Translations under genes and position numbers: made by a program
The notes under the pieces: generated by a model
What the model was told of the DNA's origin: nothing
Seen by the model: the letters and a program-made list of their open reading frames with translations, nothing else
Databases searched by the model: none
NCBI GenBank assembly: GCA_021613535.1
Contig: CP075495.1
Coordinates: 16,058,001-16,122,000 of the forward strand
Reading direction: 5' to 3'
From: Adineta vaga
Lineage: Eukaryota; Animalia; Rotifera
DNA: 64,000 nt
Shown here: in pieces, positions 58,766 to 64,000 of the stretch
How positions within the stretch are numbered: position 1 is the first letter of the stretch
Layout of the letters: the number at the start of each line of letters is the position of its first letter

Positions 58766-61419
58766 CTATTTTTCATCATCCCCGCTCGATTCTTCATCAT
58801 TAGTAGTTTCAACATCTGAAGATAGTACGGAATCTCTGATTTCGGAATAGATTAGAGCGGCTGAAAGCGGATGTAAGTTGTATTTGATCTCTGCACGGGA
58901 CACGGAAAGATGCCACAAAAGTGCTGCTACATGTGCACAACAGCCAACATCACGTCTCCCTGCTGTGCAGGTGCAGTACCAGCCGTTGACTGGTTGGTCA
59001 ATACTTTTGCTGTCATATTGAATGATTGAAATATAAGTTTTGTTGTTGACATGGCGAGACGAGAATCGAGCCCGAACTAAAGCATTATCACGTGAGCAAA
59101 GTTCAATGATGAACTCCAGTTCATCATCATATAGAGTAGATTTTGTTAAATGTTCTTGAATGTATGTTAAAGCTTGTTTTACTTGGTAGCTACCTAGAAA
59201 GAACATTATAATAGAGTATTTTATGTTATTTTTATACCGAAACAGAGATTGCGAACATCTTCTGCAGAAAGGGAAGGAAAACAGCAAAGTTGCGCATCGT
59301 ATGGTTTCCAGCCGGATCTTTCTTTTGTAAATTGATAGAGATAATTTTGAATATCAATTTGTTGATTAAATATGCCAAACATTAGATGAGCCATTTCTGA
59401 GCCTGCCTGAATATCAGCGATAGGTCGCGAACGAAAAGCGTTTATCAATGCGCAAGTGATATCGAGATAATTGCTAAGGAATCGAATCGATGAATTTTGT
59501 ATTGTCTGATTAAAGTATTTCCACTGTTTAATCTGCCCGTTTACTAAGAAAAAACTAATAAAAAGATCCTGGATGGAAACTAAAATTATACCGCTTTCAA
59601 TGACCCAGCGCACTTTGGTAATTAAACGAGAATGATTTGCGTCTTTAGCACTGAATTGTCCTTTTCCATTCAAAAACGCTGGCATAATAGCATCATAACC
59701 AAAATATTTGACCGTCGATATTGCATCACGAAATCCTCTGTCGACAATAAGTATATCTTCTTTGTCGAGCCAGTTGATAATATCTTGCTCGTTTTTGTGT
59801 AAACAGTGTTTAAGAATAGATGCATCATTATTTTGATGATTAGAAAAAAATGGTCCGATGGCACACAGAATATATCCATCCTATTAATAAAAGACATCGT
59901 GTATAGTTTCGTTATGTACCAAGAGATGCAGCGAAAGAATTCTACTGAATACTTCGAAGTAGTAGTTGATGACTTACCGTAGTAGTTAGAATCATAGGTT
60001 TAAGTAAGTTTCGATGTTTATGCATCGAATACGATTTTCTTTGGAGTTGATTATCAGAAGATTTTTGGATATATAGATACGTTGAATCAGCTACAATGCA
60101 TAGTTGATCAGGTTTATAGGTATGAAGAATAGTAGCAATCGCTGTTTGATGTTCCTTGATGGCTGTTTGACGGGTCATATGTTGTAAACCCAAATAATAA
60201 GGTACAAAATCAATCATTAAAGCTTGACGAATTTGACTAATAATATGCGAAACAACTCTCTTGTTGTCTAGATGAAATAGTATAGCTATAACTCGATTGC
60301 TTAATGCTAAATGCAGCTTTGTTAAAAATATAGCTACGGCAGTACGAATTGATCTGTTATGGGAATTACGCATTGATGATTTTGCGTTGATCAACTTATC
60401 AAATTGATCTATATATAAAACATTACAAAATAATCTGTAGAAAAACATTTCAAGACTATTATATCTCCTGAACATTTTTTCACCTTTCTCTACTACTCTA
60501 AAGTTGAATCCAGCTAAAACTCATTGTAGTTTCGAATATTAAGAAAGAAAATTGGATTAAAACACTAATCAGGATTTTATTTTTATACATATTTAACCAC
60601 TGCTTTTACTCAGTAATGAAATACCTTTTGTCGGTCCAACAATACTCTGATATTCTTCGTCAGTAAAGCACGTTTGATCGTCAAAATCAAAGCGTTTTTG
60701 TTTGAATAATATTGCACGAACATCTTCCACAAACAATAGAAATTCTCTTAAATCAAGTTTCCATCGATCAGCCTTTGATACTTGAACTTGATAAAACGGC
60801 TTAATTGTTAACTCATCTTCACACAAATGGCTTTTACAACATCGAGAACCTGGACTGACCACCACTCCGCACTTTAAAAAGATCATTGTTCTTTGCGTCT
60901 GGGACAAAACTTTTTATGGTACGGCATCTTGACTATCGAAAAACACACAAGATCTAATGATAAAAATTATTTTGATTCAAAGTTCAACAAAAATTTCTTA
61001 CTGATGTGAATTTGAACAACGGAAGACTGGGATACTGACGCAATTCGATTGTGTTTCTACATCTCCATTTGAACCAGTCAAATAATCATCAGCACCAATG
61101 CTCACTCCCTATACGATAAATTATCATAAGTAATCATATATACAATGTAATGATTTCTCACACTATCATTAGCAAAGTTGATAGATTCAGTTTCGATGTC
61201 ATTCATATGATCAAATTCTTCAAAATCACCATCCATCTCTTGCTGCCACTTGAGATAAAGCGACCGGCATCTTTGACAAACGGTATCGTGACATCGAATA
61301 CGTTTTGACAAACGTACAGTCAAAAACAAACGCAAAAGACCTGATCCAACTTCACGAACTTGATTTGAATCGAGAACTCGTTCACAATCACAACATTTGC
61401 AACGTGGTGTGCGAGGCAT
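58766..61419 (-). pseudogene. ISL2EU/Harbinger-type (DDE_Tnp_4-like) transposase with N-terminal Cys clusters and C-terminal SWIM finger, multi-exon
   Basis: CxxC...CxxC N-terminus, GSRCCKSHL, RSIRTAVAIFL, VADSTYLYIQKS, YSMHKHRNLLKPM, NNDASIL, IVDRGFRD, RWVIES, WYCTCTAGRRDVGCCAH. In-frame TAA near 60915. Confidence 0.85.
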
Positions 61420-62059
61420 GCTTTATGAATAGATTTACTTGACAAATGAATCACTGAATTATTATTATTATTTTACGAAGGTCATATGTTTGTCCGGGTC
61501 ATCCCTAGTAACTATCTCATATCCATATATACATACATCTGATATCCACGTGACATATATATATAGAAAACGACTTTTGTTTCCTGTTATTCGATTAGAA
61601 TGAAGTAAAGATCGATCACGTATATCTAAATGCTAGTATATGTGATGTTAAAAAGATTGACTATGTATAAAAATGTATGATTTTATTTGTCAGACATAAT
61701 ATCCTACGATATCGAATCGGTTATGTGTAGAAAAAACGTATTACTTGTTATATAGGATGGAAATATCTCATAAATCCGTTCATTTGAACACAATAAGATG
61801 TTTCAAGGTCGTTTATTCAATTTTCAAAAGGTGAGGCACATTTTTAGGACATATAAGACATGTACGCGTCTAGATGACTAACAGTATCGTTTGAAAACGT
61901 CTAAAATAACTTGCTCTTGACTGGAGAACACACATCCAGATGAATCTAGATGAAAATATTTGATAAAACTTGAAACTCTATTAGATTTCATGAAATTAAT
62001 TGAGAAAAAGCGAGAAAATTTATATAGCAAAATAGTTTAAATCGTTTTTTTGCACTAGT

Positions 62060-62539
62060 GGCCATATTTCTTTTTGAATAGAAATATAAGGGAAACGTAG
62101 CTTTTTTCACGGGCTATCAAACGTACTATATGAGAATTTTGGTACCTTCAATTTTTCTGATCAAATATCTCTTGAAAGATCAGGGAGAATCAAAAATATA
62201 GCAAATTGTGTCCTAATGTTGCTTATTCTATCGAAATTTTCTCTGATAAAACTAAATATGGATTCATGTTTTACACATAGAATTAAAGCCCTGATCAAGA
62301 GCTATCGAAATCACTAATTAAATGTTATTTTATCTTGTATCTTTGCCATGGAATAGAGTCAACAATAAAAGTGAAAATTTTGAATTAATAACCCCAAAAT
62401 TAGGCTTCTTGTCCGTAGCTTTTTATATCGAAAAATAGATCAGAACCCCAACAATTTTATACCAAAATGCTCGTCTTAACAAGCTCTTTCTAATGGTATA
62501 AAATTTATAGGGGGTTAGTGGGAAAAATCAAAATGGGCC
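62060..62539. mobile_element. GGCCAT...ATGGGCC MITE, paralog of 27535-28013
   Basis: Full-length colinearity with 27535-28013. Confidence 0.75.
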
Positions 62540-63348
62540 GATTAGCGGTCTTATTAGCTCCCGTCCTTTTATAATTACTTATTATAAAGGAGCATTAGTT
62601 TAATGGTATGTTGTTCATTTTGAAAAATCGACAGCGTCGACGAATAACGTCCGACTCGAAGAAGTACACCATTAATAATATTTCGAAATATATGTCGATG
62701 ATGATCAGAAATAAATGTTACGACGTAATGGTAGTAGCGGCGGCGCCAGAAATTTGGACTAGGGTGGGCTCAGACGAAGGGGGAAAAAGCCAACTCCAAA
62801 TTTTTAACACAAGTTCTAGGACTCTTGAAGTAAGGGAGTACAGTCGAAAGTATTCAGAGAAAACTTAATGTGTTGGAGGCCAATGTGGAATATGCCCTGG
62901 AGTACGGGAGTACCACACTGAGTATGTGAGTATTAAATGGAGTACGAAAGTATAGATCAAAAAGTGTTCAAATACTATTAGAAGGACTAACTACAGGAGC
63001 CTATGAATGATAACCAACTTAAATTTTCAAAAGATTCTTTTAAATTATCAGTATTACATTTTTTTATTCTTGTAAACTGGTAATTGTTCGAGAAATTGTA
63101 ATACTAGCAAAGCTAATTATTATGTTCTATCGTTCAAAACATGACCCAATATAGGTTCAACAAGTACAAACACGTTCTTTTTCTGTTCTTTCATTGCCGT
63201 TCGGAATGCTCAACGAAATTATATATATATATATATATATATATAAGAACACAAATGAACTATATCCGTTAGCTTTACTCTTTCTTCAACCGGAAAGCAT
63301 ATAATTCATTTTGTAACTATACTTCGTTTATTAAATAAGCAATTTCAG

Positions 63349-63681
63349 TCTTCTACCACACTTGATATTTCCGTCATTCCAAAAGATGCTCTCAGTTTAC
63401 GAAGAGATTCATTCAATTCTCTAGTGGAACAATTAACGTCGAAAGATATCAAAGATTTACTCAGGATACAAAAAATTTCGAACGCTCGTTGCTTTCTCAA
63501 CACAAATTCTTTGGCTGTCTTCGATATTAACAGTGATGATCCATCAGTTATTCAGCTTCAGGATCGTCTTTCGATAAAACTCTTGAATAGCAAACGAGCT
63601 GTTTTGGCAGGCGTTCATGGCTTTCTTAACTATCTTCAAGAATTAAATACTCAACTATATGAAAAGAAAGTAGCTGGTTAG
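63349..63681 (+). pseudogene. Truncated ORF homologous to the N-terminal domain of the P-like accessory protein; probably a transposon remnant
   Basis: LDISVIPKDALSLRRDSFNSLVEQ...LLRIQKIS..CFL...NSDD...L..G...YLQEL aligns by eye to 55740-55440. GAGTAC/GAGTAT repeats lie upstream at ~62830-62955. Confidence 0.6.
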
Positions 63682-64000
63682 TTTCTATTGAGAAGAATTA
63701 ACCGATTTATCAAAAATTCACGTTTTTGAGACAAAGAGAGAAAGAAAAAAAGAGTTGTTTGTTTTGTGTACTTTATTGACTAGTTTCTGTCAAGTTACGA
63801 CTTGACTTCATCAGAACTTATATACAAAAAAACTCTTAATTAAATTACAATAAAAAACTTTTGGAATGAAAAAGAACGATGAACTATGTCAGGACTTGAA
63901 GAGCCCGCGACAATAAAAAACTAGGGTTAGATGAGCCCTTAGTTCTGCTCAAACTCCATTTAATCTCTTCTTCTTATTTAGAAAGGAGAAGAAGAGGTAG

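Overview
AT-rich eukaryotic DNA with ~50-bp GT-AG introns. The intron size and transposon families point to a bdelloid rotifer (inference). The only host gene I can support is a 10-exon CYP4-clan cytochrome P450 (3260-7883). Most of the window is a ~45-kb palindrome: arm 8324-30333 is mirrored by arm 31156-53112. The 822-bp spacer holds the 5' part of an intact DD37D (maT) Tc1/mariner transposase gene, and the right arm ends at a 23-N gap. Each arm carries a decayed Ty3/Gypsy LTR retrotransposon (155-bp LTRs, tRNA-His PBS, GTCAC TSD). It has a DEDDy 3'-5' exonuclease ORF in the env position, a C2HC finger inside pol, and a Ginger2-like integrase element inserted in gag. The arms also carry a MULE remnant and many MITEs. 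After the gap come a two-gene P-element-like transposon with a divergent accessory ORF, a matching P-type MITE, an ISL2EU/Harbinger-type DDE+SWIM transposase pseudogene, and a second distant homolog of the P accessory domain. Whether the palindrome is a real fold-back duplication or an assembly/read artifact cannot be settled from this sequence.
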